Part shown: positions 45,328 through 64,000 of the stretch, one piece after another
Layout of the letters: every line of letters starts with the position of its first letter
How positions within the stretch are numbered: position 1 is the first letter of the stretch
Assembly: GCF_009914755.1 (NCBI RefSeq)
Contig: NC_060926.1
Reading direction: 5' to 3' (one strand)
Length of the DNA: 64,000 bases
Source: the human T2T-CHM13v2.0 reference genome, Homo sapiens
Program-made: the position numbers and the translations under genes
Notes under the pieces: model-generated
Database searches by the model: none
The model's input: only the letters and a program-made list of their open reading frames with translations
What the model was told of the DNA's origin: nothing

Positions 45328-46400
45328 TCTGCTTAGGAAGGCAGATCCTGGTAAATCAGAAGATGACCCTTTTGTTTCTGCTGGGCACATGGATGGGTTC
45401 TCAATGAGGACAGTTGTTTTGGGAGCTGAGTTTGAGAGGAAATGCTGGAGAACTGAATTGCTGTGTAGAGTAAAAATTTCCAGTTTCCCAGAGCCATCCA
45501 GCAATCCAGGAGGGAGGAGCAGGTAAGAGAGATCAGGAGGGATAGCAGAGCCAGCAAATTATAAGAGTCATGTGCTTTTCAACCTTATTATTCACTTCTA
45601 ATTTTAGTCTACATGTTATTGATTCTGTGACATTTATTACAGTTCCTTTTAGGCCAATTTAGTGCTCTAGTGCTTAAAAAGCATGTGAATTCTCTGTTGG
45701 ATGTGGAGTTCAATTATATCTAATAGAGCAAATTTATTAATTGTATTGTTTAGATCTTCAACATCCCTATTTATTTTCTCTCTGATTGCTCTCTTGGTCT
45801 CTAAAAGTAGTGACTTTTGGAATTGCACAGGCGTAAGCATATTTATTTAAAAGTTAAAAAATAGGCCAGCTACTGAGGAAACTCATGTTGCTTGAGCCCA
45901 GGAGTTCCAGGCAACAGTGAGCTGTGATTGAGCCACTCCACTCCAGCCCGGGTGATTGACAGAGATCTTGTCTCTAGGGGCGGGGGGGCGGGGGGGAAGA
46001 AAAAAGAAAAGAAACAAAACCAAAAAAAAGTAAAATAATAGTTTTGAAAAAGTATATATTTTTTTCTTTCCAACTTTATTTTATGTTCAGTGGGTACATG
46101 TGCAGGTTTGATACATGGGTAAATTGTGTATTGCACACGATTACGTTTTTCAAATTGTTAGGAGTGGGGAAAAGCAACAAAGAAACCACAGGCCAGAAAG
46201 CAAATGACAGAAAACAAGAAAAACAATAAGGGAGTACTTAAAAAGCAATCTGAAATAACAAAAGATGACCAGACTAAATCTATCTGTAAAGCAATAATTG
46301 ATTGATGGACACTCACCAATTAAGTACTTTCAAATGAGATTTAAAAACACTAAATGCGAACATATGCTATCAACAAAAGATATGCTTAAAATACAATTGC

Positions 46401-46943
<543 letters not shown>

Positions 46944-47642
46944 TCAGAGGGTAACAAATATTTGTTGAGTGCGTAATAGGTACCAGGCATGTATTATTGA
47001 GCTGTAATAATTAAAACAATGTGAGGTGGAGCCAGAAATCTACAAATAGAGTCAGCAGAAACAGAATAGAAAGTCTGGAAATAGTCTTACATGTGCATAA
47101 GATTTGATCTGTTATAAAGATGGTATTTCAAATATGTAGGAAAAAGACAATTTTGTTTTTATTTGTAAAAAATAATAGTAATAAATATTAAACATAAAGG
47201 TAAGTCCCAGCTCATAAAAAAGATGTCAGATAGAATAAAGATCTAAACATGAAACCCCACTAAAGTAATAGAATAAACTATAGGAGTTTATTTTTTATAT
47301 TTGGGATTCTATCTCAGCTGCTCAAAGAATTTGAATAAATAGTTCACAGGTGAAATACAAAAGGCAATTAAACACATGAAAAAATGCTTAACCTCACTAC
47401 TGGTTTAAAATTGCAATTAATACAGCAGTGATGGGGAAGGATACCCTTGATGTGAACACAAACTGGCACAACCTTTTTGGAAATAAATTCAGTAATTACT
47501 ATCAACAATTTTAAATGGTTGGTTCCTGTAATCTGGCAACTCCATTCCTAAGACTTTACCCTATGGAAATCCTCACACAAGTGTTCAAAGAACATTGTAT
47601 TAATATAAGTATGTAGATTTCTGCATGACTTAAAATAGCAAT

Positions 47643-48548
<906 letters not shown>

Positions 48549-49929
48549 TTAAGGATTTGGGATTTCCTCCTTAGGGCAATGCAAAACCATTTAAGGATTA
48601 GTAAAATGCTTCTTTTTAAAAAATATAATTCAGACGAGGCAGTCTCTGTAGCTGTGTTTTGGGCAAGGGTGTGGGTATATCCTGGTCAAGGCCATTACCC
48701 AGAGGAAAATGGGAGGAGAGCCAGGAAGGCAGCCAGAAAGACTCCAGGGGAACTCCTCTTCAGCATGAAGACTCCAGAGGGGCCTCGCTGGCAGTGCCAA
48801 AGCCCAGGCTGCTGATCCAGATTGCAGACTGGAGGATCGTGGTATTCTTGGGTGGGGATGGGGGTGCAGCCAGTGGGTCAGTTTTGGTAAGGCTGTCAGT
48901 CTTTTGGAAAGGGCCAGGTCAGAGTGTGGAAAGACCAGCCTCAGAATCCTGACCTGAGACAAAAGCTGCAAGAGACCAGGACTCATGGTGGAGGAAGTTG
49001 CTATGCGTATCATTTCCTGAGGGATAGGGAAGAGGGAGTGCCCAGGAGGGAACTTCAGTGGAGAAGCTTGGCCTCTGAGTGCTGGAGCATTCTAATGTAT
49101 ACTTTTAAGATTTCTTTTTGTGCATTGTAATTCACACCAAGATTTCAGATAAGTCTGTTAACCTTCCACCTGTGCTGAAGCAAATAATTAAACAGGTCTG
49201 TGTCACTGTCCCAGACAGAGAACAGCATTCCCAGTGCCCCCCTTCTGCACTGGTGAGGGTGCCAAGATGCTCTCATCTTTCAAGAGAGTGTGGTGGTCCT
49301 GGAGCTCCAGGAGGTAAGCATGAGTACTTGGCAAAGCGGAAAATACAAGCGAGGTATGGACAGGAGAGAGTCCGTCACTCCCCAAATATTCTAGAAAGGT
49401 CAGAAGCTTGACAGAAAGAAAAAGTCCCTGCAATAACATGGGCAGAGGATTTTCAGCCAGAAGATGTGTAGGTGACACAGGCTGAAATAATCAGGTAGCT
49501 TGAGAAGTAGCCCCTCTTGTCCGCCTTTTGAACCTTTCAAAAAGCAGATAATTATAATTCATGCTAGTAAAAAAAAAAAGAAGTCACATTCATTCAAAGT
49601 GACTGAGTCACACCCTCAGATCCAAATGTGGCTGCAGGAAGCTCTGGTATTCATTCTAAAGTGGAAGTCACACATTCGTATGCCTGCAGGAGCCGGGCAG
49701 GCATCACAGGGAGGCAAGCAGGGCCCAGGGTCCTGGGGCATCATTGCTCAGCTCCAGGCAGTTAGTACTGCCATGCTGCTGGGGAAGATCTATGCTGTCT
49801 AATTTTCTAGTTAAACACAACAACGGAACTATAAATCCAGATTTTAATGTAAAAGTTTAGAATTTTTCTATATTTACAACTAATTCAAAAATTATAAAAT
49901 AGAAATCAAATATGTTTGAGGTTGGATAT

Positions 49930-50879
<950 letters not shown>

Positions 50880-51336
50880 AGTACAGAGTAGGATGCAGCC
50901 CTCAGATTTGAAACTATGTAATGATCCTAGGTGATGATGTGATGACCGGGATCTGCATGGACTCCCTGATACAGGCACAGATAGTCAAAACATCCATGAA
51001 AACATCATCTTTGCTACTAGGACCCTGTTAGAGGCAGAAACTAGCATGACAGATTTTCCCCCAAGTGGAATAGTAAAATATACCCAAAATATCCTAATAC
51101 TCTGGGCCATGATCCTATGATTTTTTTTTTTCCAACGGCTTGATTGAAGTTTAATGTATACACCATAAAACTCATCCATTGTGAGTACACAATTCGATTA
51201 TTTTTAGTAAGTTTATAGTTATGCAATTATTACAACAATCCAGATTTAGAATATTTTCATCACCCCAAAAAGTTCCCTCATGGTTATCTGCAGTTGGTTC
51301 CTACTACCAGATCCAGCCCAGGCAGCCACTGGTCTA

Positions 51337-51753
<417 letters not shown>

Positions 51754-51834
51754 TTATGTCTGGCTTTCACTTAGTATAATATGTTTTTGAGGTTCTTCTG
51801 TGTCACAGTGTATATTAGTAGTTCCTTCTTTTTC

Positions 51835-51976
<142 letters not shown>

Positions 51977-52002
51977 TTTTTACTAAAAAGTAGTTCCTTT
52001 TT

Positions 52003-52679
<677 letters not shown>

Positions 52680-52732
52680 TTAAGAAACTGCCAAACTGTT
52701 CTTCGAAGTGGCTGTAACATTTTACATTCTCT

Positions 52733-53057
<325 letters not shown>

Positions 53058-53414
53058 ATTTTACATTCTCATCAGAAATGTATGAGGTATCTGGTTTCTC
53101 CACATCCTTACCAACACTGTATTAAATATCTTTTCCCACTGAATTGCCTTGGCCAAAAATAAGTAGACCTTACATGTGAGGTCTGAGCTCTAAATTCTAG
53201 TCCATTGGCCTGTATGTCTATCCTTATGCCAATACCACATTGTTTTGATTACTGTAGCTTTGTAGTAAGTTTTGAAATCAGAAAGTGTGAGTCCTCCAGT
53301 TTTGTTATTTTCCAAGATCATTTTCACTATTCCAGATCCTTTGCATTTCCATATTAATTTTAGAATAAGCTTGTCAATTTCAGCAAAAATGGCAACCAAG
53401 ATTTTGATAGGTAT

Positions 53415-54271
53415 TGAAAGGGGAAAACAAACAGGTTTTCTATACTCAAAAACACTTCCGAAACCAAATGTCTGGGATTTTTTTCCCCGCACATCAAGCA
53501 ATTCTTCAGTTCTCTGCAAACATCAACTGGGTGTCCAATGACTCAATTCAACTCTGACAGTAGCTACCTGGAGTTAGTGTGAGACCCCAAAGCTTAAGGG
53601 CTCAGTCCCACAATACTGCCCCTGACTTCAAATGCCAATCTCAAGTAATGGGTCCCCAGGTTACCCACACTTCTGTGTGACTTAGCTACAAGTGAGGGTT
53701 TCCTACAACCACCTATTCAGATTCAATAATCTGCTGTAATGGCTCGCAGAACTCAGGGAAGCACTTACATGTACGGTTTATTATAAAGGATACAACTCAG
53801 GAACAGCCAAATGGAAGAGACAGGGTATGAGGAGGGAGGGGCACAGAGCTTCCATAGCCTTTCAGGCCTCGCACCCTCCCAGCACCTTAATGTGTTCACC
53901 AACCTGGAAGATCTCCAAACCCTGTCATTTAGGGTTTTTATGGAAGTCCCATTATGTAGGCATGATTTATTAAATCATTGACCTTCTGTGACTGACATTA
54001 ATCTTCAGCCCTTCTCCCCTCCCCAGAGGTCAAAGAGATGGGGCTGAAAATTCCAACCCTCTAATTACAAGGTTGGTTCCTCTGTCAACCAGCCCCCATC
54101 CTCCAAGAGTCACCTCATTAGCATAAACCCAGGTATGGTTGAAAGGGGCTTATTATGAATAACCAAAGGTGTTCCTCTCACCCCTATCACTCAGGGGAAT
54201 CACAAGACTTTTAGCAGCTCTGTGCTAGGAACCCGGGGAAGAGACCAAATATATATTTCTTGTTATGTCAC
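53415..54271. mobile_element. MER21-type LTR inserted in L1M
   Basis: caactgggtgtcc...tcaattcaactctgaca..ctacctggagttag...gaccaaatatatatttctt; L1 resumes on both sides. Confidence 0.8.
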
Positions 54272-55487
54272 AGGATTGCATTAAATTTGCAGATCCATTT
54301 GGGCAATATTACAATATTGCTATCTTAACAATAATAGTTTATCTGTTTTGTTTTGTTTTTAGAGATGGGTCTTGCTATGTTGCCCAGGCTGGCTCAAGCA
54401 ATCCTCCTGCCTTGGCCTCTCTAAGTGCTGAGATTACAGGCGACAACAGTAGTTTGTTGTTGTTTCTATATACAGGATCACGTCATCTGTGGGAAAAAAA
54501 GACAGTTTTACTTCTTTTCCAATGTTGATGCCTTTATTCTTATTTTTTGGCCTTATCACACTGACTTGAATCTCCAGGACAATGTTGATTGAAAGTGGCA
54601 AGAGCTGACATTCTTGCCTTGTTCCTGATCTCAAGGAGAAACATTCAGTCTTGCATCATTATATGTAATGTTGATGGTAGGTTTCAGTTAGATATGCTTT
54701 ATCAAGTTAAGAGAGCTCCCTTTTATTCCAAGTTCAAGGGTTTTTTTTTAACCATCAATGGATGTTGGATTTTGTCAAATGTTTTTTCTGCATCTGTTGA
54801 GATCATATGATTTTGTCCTTTATTTTATTAATACAGTGATTCATCTTAATTGGTTTTCAGATGTTAACTCAACCTTGCTTTCCTGGGATAAAGCCCACTT
54901 GGTCATGGTATACGCTTCTATGTATGTGTTGCTGGGTTTTATTTGCTAATTTTGTGCTAAGGATTTTTACATCTGTGTTCAAAAAGGATGTTGGTCTGTA
55001 GCTTTCTTTTCATATGATATCTTTGTCTTGAATCAGGGTAATACTGGCCTCACAGAATGAGTTCGGAAGTGTACTTTCTTCCCCTATTTTCTGAAATAAT
55101 TTGTGAAAGATTGGTATTATGTGTTTTTAAATTATTTGATAGAATTCACTAGTAAAGTGTTCTGTGACTGGGTTTTTCTTTGTGGGGAGATTTTAAGTAC
55201 TAATCCCATTATTTACTTGCTATAGGCCTATTCAGACTTTATTTCTTCTTGAGTCAGTTTTAATAATCTGTATCTTTCTGGGAATTTGTCCATTTCATCC
55301 AAATTGTTCAATTTGTAATATTTCCTTGTAATTATTTTTGTTTCTGTGTGGTCAGTAGTGATTTTGTAATTTATGTTTTCTCTTTCTCTTGGTCAGTCTA
55401 GCTAAAAATTTCTCAATTTTGTTAACCTTTTCAAAAAACAGACCTTTTGTTTTATTGATTTTTCTCTATCATTTTTCTGTTTTCTAT

Positions 55488-55825
<338 letters not shown>

Positions 55826-56600
55826 TAATCTTTATTTTCTTTCTGCTGTTTGCTTCAGATTTAATTGTTCCTTCTTTTTCCAGTTGCTTAAAGTAGAAGC
55901 TTAGATTGTTGATATGAGACCATTCTTCTTTTCTAATCTAGGTATTTATAGCTATACAGTTCCCTTAAATGCTGCATTTGCCGCATCCCATACATTTTGA
56001 TACGTTGCATTTTCTTTTTCATTTAGTTCAAAAGATATTTAATAATTTTCCTTGTGATTTCTTCTTTGATCCATGGATAATGTAAAAATATGCTAATTTC
56101 CAAATATTTGGGGATTTCCCAAATTTCTAGATACTCACAACCCACTATCAATGTAATATTGTCCAGAATTTTAATTTGGGATTCTTATGGGTTTGCTTTC
56201 CCTTTGTCTTTGGTCTTAAGTCTGCTGCTGTTCCTGCTGTTGTTGTTTAGACAACAGAATATGTTACCAATGTATTTAATCACCTTTATTTAAATATTTC
56301 TTGCAAAGTCTCCTAGGTTTTTCTTCTTGAGTATTTCCTCCAAAATGTTTTTAACTTTTTTTAATTGTAAAATGTTTCTAGAAAAGCAGAAAAGATAGTA
56401 CAATGAACATCAATACATCCCTCCACCTAGATATAACAATTGTCAACATCTTTAAAACAATTTGTTTTATATATTAGGTTAAACCATTTGAAATTACTCC
56501 ATTGACCTTTGAATGCGGCCTTGTTTTCTGGCACTCCAGGGATGGTTTTCAATGTGGTTCTTTGTAAGGCAAGCATTTTAAGGCCTCGTTGCCTGCAAAT

Positions 56601-56919
<319 letters not shown>

Positions 56920-57475
56920 GAAAATATTTTTATTTTTACCTTTTCACACTTGAATGACAACTTGGCTGGATGTAAAATTGTAGGTTCAAACTTATTTTTC
57001 TTTTTTACTTAAGAAATATTACTCCATTATCTTCTTACACCCAAATGTTGTTGTTGAAAGGTCTGACGTCAGTCTAATTCTCTTAGAATTTCCTGTTTGG
57101 TATTCTTAAATTTCACCATACTATATCTTATGCGGGTTTTCCCTTCTCTCTCTTATTTTCTATGCAGTAGGCCCTTTCAATCTGAAGTCATTCATTCTTT
57201 CTAAATATGAAAAATGTATGTCTATTGTTTCTTCAAATGTATTTTTCCATTCATTTTTATTGTTTTCTTCTGGATTCCCATTATATGAATGTGGGTATTC
57301 TGCTTCTAGTCTCCTTATTTCTTAGCTTTTTCTTCCTCCTCATTCTTCAGTGAGTTCTTCTTGCAGTTTCTCAATATGATATTCTAATTTACTTTTCAAC
57401 TATTACTTACTAATTTATTTGTTCTTTCTTTCCATTATCTTTTTCATACCTAATATTTTCATTTGATTCTTTTAA

Positions 57476-57874
<399 letters not shown>

Positions 57875-59613
57875 TGAAATTGTTGGTCAATTGATACTAA
57901 TACTCCTGCCCAGTCCTGCTGCTTCTGGTGTCATATGTTGTGCATTCCTTTTTTCTTCTGGTTTAGTTTTGCCCTTCAAGTGTCTCATTATTGCCCTGTA
58001 ATGCCCTTTGGGGAAGGCAGAAGGCCACTCCTTAGTATCTACCAGTCTGTTAAGTTCAAGGAGAGGATGAGGACTCGGATCTTGAGTGGAGCACCCCAGG
58101 CTCTGCACAACCACAGGTTTGTTCTCATCCTGCCCAGGGGCCTTGGTTTCACTTTCCACCCTGTGGCTAGAAGGAAGCTGTCTCCACTGATGGGATGGGC
58201 CAGGCTGGTGATTTGGAGGGGAAAGAGTGGAGGGATTGCTCAAAAATGGTTGTTCCCTAATTCAACTCCTCACCCTGGCAGGGATCTACGCTGCCCTGAG
58301 TTCATCCCCATGGACATCCTGACCAGCGAGTGGTCTGAGCCTCTGCAGTTCTGCCGTGAGGGCAAGTGATGACTGGCCAATGCAAAGGTGCAGGAGAGGC
58401 AAGAGTAGAGAGTCAATCACTATTCTCTTCCTTCATCCTTACCATCATAGCCACCTCCCTCAGGCTGCAACCACCCCCCACTCCCACATGCAGGCACACA
58501 CTCCCCAGTTCTAAACAGCCTGTCAGCTCCACAGGAGTTTCTTCTCTGTTGTTATTTCCTGGCTTTCATGTTTCCCTCTATAATTTCTCTTGTGTTTAAC
58601 CTGGGTAGGGAGCCAACAGCCCAAGCAAAATCCCATCTTAGCAAAAACTGGAGCAGCCAAGAGAGGCCTATTAGTCAACTTGAAAAAGAGATAGATAAAT
58701 AAATAAAGAGAGAGGCTGAGGCTAGAGATACCTATATGAGAGTCATCAGGGCACAGGAGATCTTAAAGCCCTGAGCCTAGAGGAGATCTTTTGAAGGAGA
58801 AGTATGGATACAGGGAGCACCTTTTGAACAATATACTCCTTACTGTGAATAAAAATTTAGGTCTGGTTTGCACGTGAATCCCTTATCAAGCTGGCCAGTG
58901 TGAATCAGTCCTGGTGAGACTATTCACTTTGGAGACCCCACAAAATTCAAGTGTCTTGTTCAGCAAATCGAATGCACAGACCACAATCCATAGGGTCTCC
59001 TTGGTCAGGTGCCATCCCCCGCCCCCACCACCAGACTCCCTCTGCTTATATTTCCTGTGTCATTTTAACTCCTTGGAATAATGCAAGAGGTAAATATGGT
59101 GCTTATGGAAAAGTTTTGGAAAGTTGACAGGCTCTGAACAACGATAAAATACCTAATCTTTCTATTCTAATGGTCCCTTTCTCTCTGAATGAGTAAATAG
59201 ATACTCACATCCTCATAGGATGCTCAGAGCCTTACAGACAAAGCCCTGCATTGGCTGAAGATCTATAAGTCAGGTGAAAGCAAATCCTGAGGCAGAAGGG
59301 AGCACTCAGGCAGGGTGTTGTAATTGTTTGAGGCATACCTAGGAGCTTGGCCAGGCTTCAACTCATCTAGGAAGTTAACTAAAGGGCCAGTAAAGGCATG
59401 GGCAGAGGAGTACATATAATCAAAGACAAATGAATAGGGAGGCCAGAAATTGAACACTAGAAAAGCTGAGACAACCTGGAGTTGGGCACCCCCATTTTTA
59501 AGTTCTCCAGCACTCTAAAATCTCCACTGTCCTGTGATTGCCTCAAAGACCTTATCCTTCACCACACTCCATCAAGCCACAGCTGAACCAAAACCATCCC
59601 ACCCCACTGTTGA

Positions 59614-59952
<339 letters not shown>

Positions 59953-61020
59953 AGCCTATTACACTATTAGTCTCACAACACTTGCCTTGGCAACAGTCAG
60001 CAAGTATGTATCAAGCACCTACTATGTGCCAGGTATAATATTAGATGCTTTCCTTCCCAACTCCCTTTCTTATTCAACTGGACTCATAGGGACATCCTTA
60101 AAGCCATCTCCCATAGGACTCTCAACTTAGCCCCTCAAGCTTCTCCTGCACCTGCCCCAAACAAGGGTCCCCTACCCAACTTCAACAATCCTGCTCTGCA
60201 GGTCTCCTTTAATCTGGCACCAACACCCCTAGGCCCCACACCAGACATCACACACAAGCACACACACTCAGAAAAATGAGCCACTAATGTCCTTGAATAA
60301 TGTTCACAGCCTTTTTCCTGAACAAATCATCCTGACCCATCTGTGCTTCCCAACCTGTTCCTGATCCTTAGACTTCCAACTTCTGGTTTCTTGTTCCTCT
60401 GTTTAGAACCATATCTTGCCCCTCAAACACGGCTCAGGCTGCTCCCTGTGTTCTCAAACGCCATCCAATTGAAACTTCTACTTACCCTGCTTTATACTCC
60501 TATCTAGTGTCTTCCACCCTTCTCCCTCCTTTCACAGGCTACCTTCCCACTTCCATGCCCCTCTGGCTCTCTCCTCACCCCTACAGTCTGGTGTCCACCC
60601 CAGTGGCAGCTCTTCCTGAAGTCACCAATATCCTCCAAGTTGCCAAAGTCAGTGGACTCTTGCAGTCCTTTCTTGGCCTCACTGAGGCAAGTGACATTGT
60701 AAACAACCTCCTTTTTAAAAGGATTTACAAAATTAATATGTAAGTACATTCTGGTGATACCAAAAGAAAAAAGAAATCAAACCATACCAATATATATAAA
60801 GAGTAAAACTCAGCCTTAGCTGAGTGGCTAGAAGGAAGCCACCACCCCCTACTTCCACATCCTCCTGCCCCAGAGAGAACTATTATTAACAGATTGCTGT
60901 GGACTCTTCAAAGCCTTTTTCTGTTTATTTACCTCCATATATATTGACTTGGTTTTGCCAATAATAAGTTGGGTCATGCCACATAGAGTCCTAGCTTGCT
61001 TTTTCACTTGACAACATGTA

Positions 61021-61423
61021 TGATATAGTTTGGATGTCTGTCCTCTCCAAATCTCATGTTGAGATGTCATCCCCAGTGTTGAAGGTGGGGCCTGGTGGGA
61101 GATGTTTGAGTAACAGGGCTAGATCCCTCATGGCTTGGTGCTGTTCTCTAAATAGTGAGTCAGTTCTCATGAGATCTGATTGGTTAAAGTGTGTGGCGCC
61201 TCCCCTCACTCTCTCTCTCTTGCTCCTGCTCTCGCCATGTGATGTGCCTGCTCCCGCTTCACCTTCCACCATGAGTAAAAGCTCCCTGAATCCTCCCTGG
61301 AGGCCAAACAGATGCTGCTGTCATGCTTGTACAGCTTGCAGAACTGTGAGCCAATTAAGCCCCTTTTCTTTACAAATTATCCAGCCTCAGGGATCTATAG
61401 CAATGCAAGAATGGCCTAACCCA
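61021..61423 (+). mobile_element. MST (MSTA/B, ERVL-MaLR) solo LTR
   Basis: TGatatagtttggat...cctaacCCA ends; 5-bp TSD ATGTA at 61016-61020 and 61424-61428. Confidence 0.88.
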
Positions 61424-62298
61424 ATGTATTAGAGATTTTCCATGTCATACACATATATCCATCTCTTCTTGATTTGAATTATTCCAGAGTGTTCCATTGT
61501 ACTGATGCTCTATAATTCATGAAACTCTAGCCCTACTGATTGACCTTTAAGTTGTTTCCATATTTTAATTCTGTAAATTTTGCTGTAGGCTCCCATTCCC
61601 AGAAGTATGGCCTATTAGGTACTCATCCCAGCACTTTGGGAGGCCAAGGCAGGAGGATCACCTGAGCCCAAGAGTTCGAGACCAGCCTAGACATTATGTG
61701 TTAAGCATAACATTTTTACTGGACTTACTGGAAACAAGAAAAATACTAAAAGAGAAAAGAAAAAAAATGCAAACAAGCAAAAACCTTGAGCTGAAACCAG
61801 AACAGTATATGATGGAAACTTACTAGTCAAGGCTGCCCTGAAGCAAATGCCAAGAGCCCTTCAATCAATATGTGAGACCCAGCCCAGGTGGGGACCTGAA
61901 CCTAAGACTCTTGCAGCAAGGTGGGGACTCTAGAAGGGAACAAAAGTGGTTCCAAGTCCTTAGTCCCACAGTTTTCCCTGGAAACAAAAGCTGGCCCTCT
62001 CTGGAGAGTGTCCCTATTCACCTAAACTCATGCTCTCAAAGAGAACCAAACAAACTCCATCAGGTGAGCGCCAGCAGAAACCCTACACAACAGATGTAGA
62101 TTCCTGAGAGGGGAATCATCAGCTACATAATAAGCACTCTTACATCTGAAATGTCTACAGAAATACAACATGGAATCACAGAAGTAAGCAACAAAGAAGA
62201 GCCTATCTGAAAGGACAAAATAGAATTACAGAAGATTAGAATGTCTAGCAAAGAAAAAATAGAATTCCTAAAGTAAGTAAACTTAGTGGACTGAATAT

Positions 62299-62470
62299 TA
62301 GGTAGGTATGATGGCATGTACCTGTAGTCCCAGCTACTGGGGAGGTTGAGGTGGGAGGATTGCTTGAACCCAGGAGGTCGAGGCTGCAGTGAGCCATGAT
62401 TGTGCTACTGCACTCAAGCCTGGGTGACAGAGCAAGATCCTGTCTCAAAAAACAAACAAACAAACAAAAC
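62299..62470 (+). mobile_element. Alu right monomer (FRAM-like)
   Basis: aacttagtggac repeated on both sides. Confidence 0.8.
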
Positions 62471-62479
62471 AACTTAGTG

Positions 62480-63130
62480 GACATGGAAAAAGTGGACACC
62501 ATGTGTGTCTTGATGTGATGCAGTATAAACTACACAGCCCAGTGTATAAAGTGGGGTTGCCCAATAAGAACCCACATCTAAATGAGCCTTCACAGCTGAG
62601 TTCTGGTTTACAGCAACACAGGAGAGAGAAAAATGGGTTAAAGACACCATGAAGAAGGTGAGAGACAAAACCAGAAATTGGGACATTCCACAGAACAACT
62701 GATCCAGTTTCTTCAACAAGTCACTGCCACAAAGAAAAAAAAAAAAGGTAGGGATCGCTCTAGATTAAGAGAAATTTAAGAGACATAATTACTAAATGCA
62801 ATATGGGCCCCTAATGCAGACCAACTATAAAAAGACATCTTTGAGATAGTTTAGGAAATTTGAATATGGCCTAGCATTATACTATAAAGAGCACCAAGGA
62901 ATTCCAATCATTTGATATTGTAAGAATACCAAACAATTTAACAGAATTGTTCATTGTTAATCCGACAACAGCAAATACAACACACACATATAAGAGGAAA
63001 AGACGAAGCAAGTTTGACAACATTTTGGTGATTGTTGAGTCTCGGCAATAGGTATATGGGAATTCATTCAACTGTTCTTCCCACGTTTAGAGCATGCTTG
63101 ATGTCTTCTATAATAAATTATTTTTAAATC
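62480..63130 (+). mobile_element. Old L1ME/MC 3' UTR fragment
   Basis: gacataattactaaatgcaat...ggaaatttgaatatgg motifs. Confidence 0.6.
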
Positions 63131-63874
63131 TCTAGAGAAGGATATTATACTCTATCTTGTTAACATTTACAAAATCTCCCAAGCCTTACCCTTAGAGAAT
63201 GCTATATAAATTTGGACTGAACAATTTTATATGTAGTTTTTCCTATTCATTTCTCATAGTCATAATTAATACTTGTAGAATATTAAGATTCTTAGTGTGA
63301 TTACTTTGAGATCCTTGCAATAGCCTTGTGAAGTAGATATTACTACCATCTTGCAAAAAATGCATATTGTTGCCTTCTTATACATTAAGACTAGGGAAAC
63401 ATTTCACCTAATTTTTTTGTTGTTTTAACATTCCAATACAATGCTCAATCTTTTTGCTGTCAACTTTCCAACCTAGCTAGATTTTTTCCTGACTATAAAA
63501 ATAATACATGCTCACTGTACAAAATTCTTTATGACATAAAACTATGGAAGAGGAAAAAAATTACACTGAATCAACATGTCCAGACGTAACAACAAATGTC
63601 ACATATACATATTACATATGAATATGTATCACATATGTGTATCACATCACATATTACATATAGATATGTAATATATTTCCTTCTACCCTTTTAAACATAG
63701 GATCTTATGAAATACTGAATAAATACAAAAGAATATTCATTACATATGTGTAAAATATAAGGAACAAAAATAAAGCAAACATCAGTGGATCCACCATTCA
63801 GTAAACCAGAACTTTTGAAATCCCTGCCATCCTGCCCAGATCTCAGCCCCCTTCATCCCAATGACATTAAAGTG

Positions 63875-64000
63875 TTTTTTTGTTTGAGACAGAGTCTTGC
63901 TCTGTCACCCGGGTTGCAGTGCAGTGGCGCGATCTCCACTCACTGCAACCTCCACCTCCCGAGTTCAAGAAATTCTCCTGCCTCAGACTCCCGAGTAGCT
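63875..64000 (-). mobile_element. Alu, cut by the window edge
   Basis: Poly(T) followed by the Alu right arm. Confidence 0.9.

Overview
Human (primate, Alu-rich) genomic DNA containing the 5' part of RAB11FIP5 (Rip11, a class I Rab11 family-interacting protein) on the minus strand. Visible are a CpG-island promoter (~27.2-28.6 kb), coding exon 1 (27749-27319, C2 domain), a ~23-kb intron 1, exon 2 (4289-3853), a 129-nt intron 2 and exon 3 (3723-3024). The remaining exons, including the Rab11-binding domain, lie beyond the left edge. The right ~35 kb is repeat-dense upstream DNA: about 30 Alus, old L1M fragments, MER1A, a truncated HERV-K(HML-2) LTR5, MER31, MER21, MLT1, MST, and a 5'-truncated human-specific L1HS-Ta insertion with its target-site duplication (TSD). 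I find no convincing previously undescribed multi-gene system. The best leads are small: the L1HS-Ta insertion, an in-frame strong-Kozak ATG just upstream of exon 2 (possible C2-less isoform), a three-armed chimeric Alu, a deletion scar at the LTR5/L1 junction, a 20-bp inverted templated insertion, and some regulatory motifs. Repeat boundaries are approximate and subfamily names come from remembered consensus sequences, not from a search.
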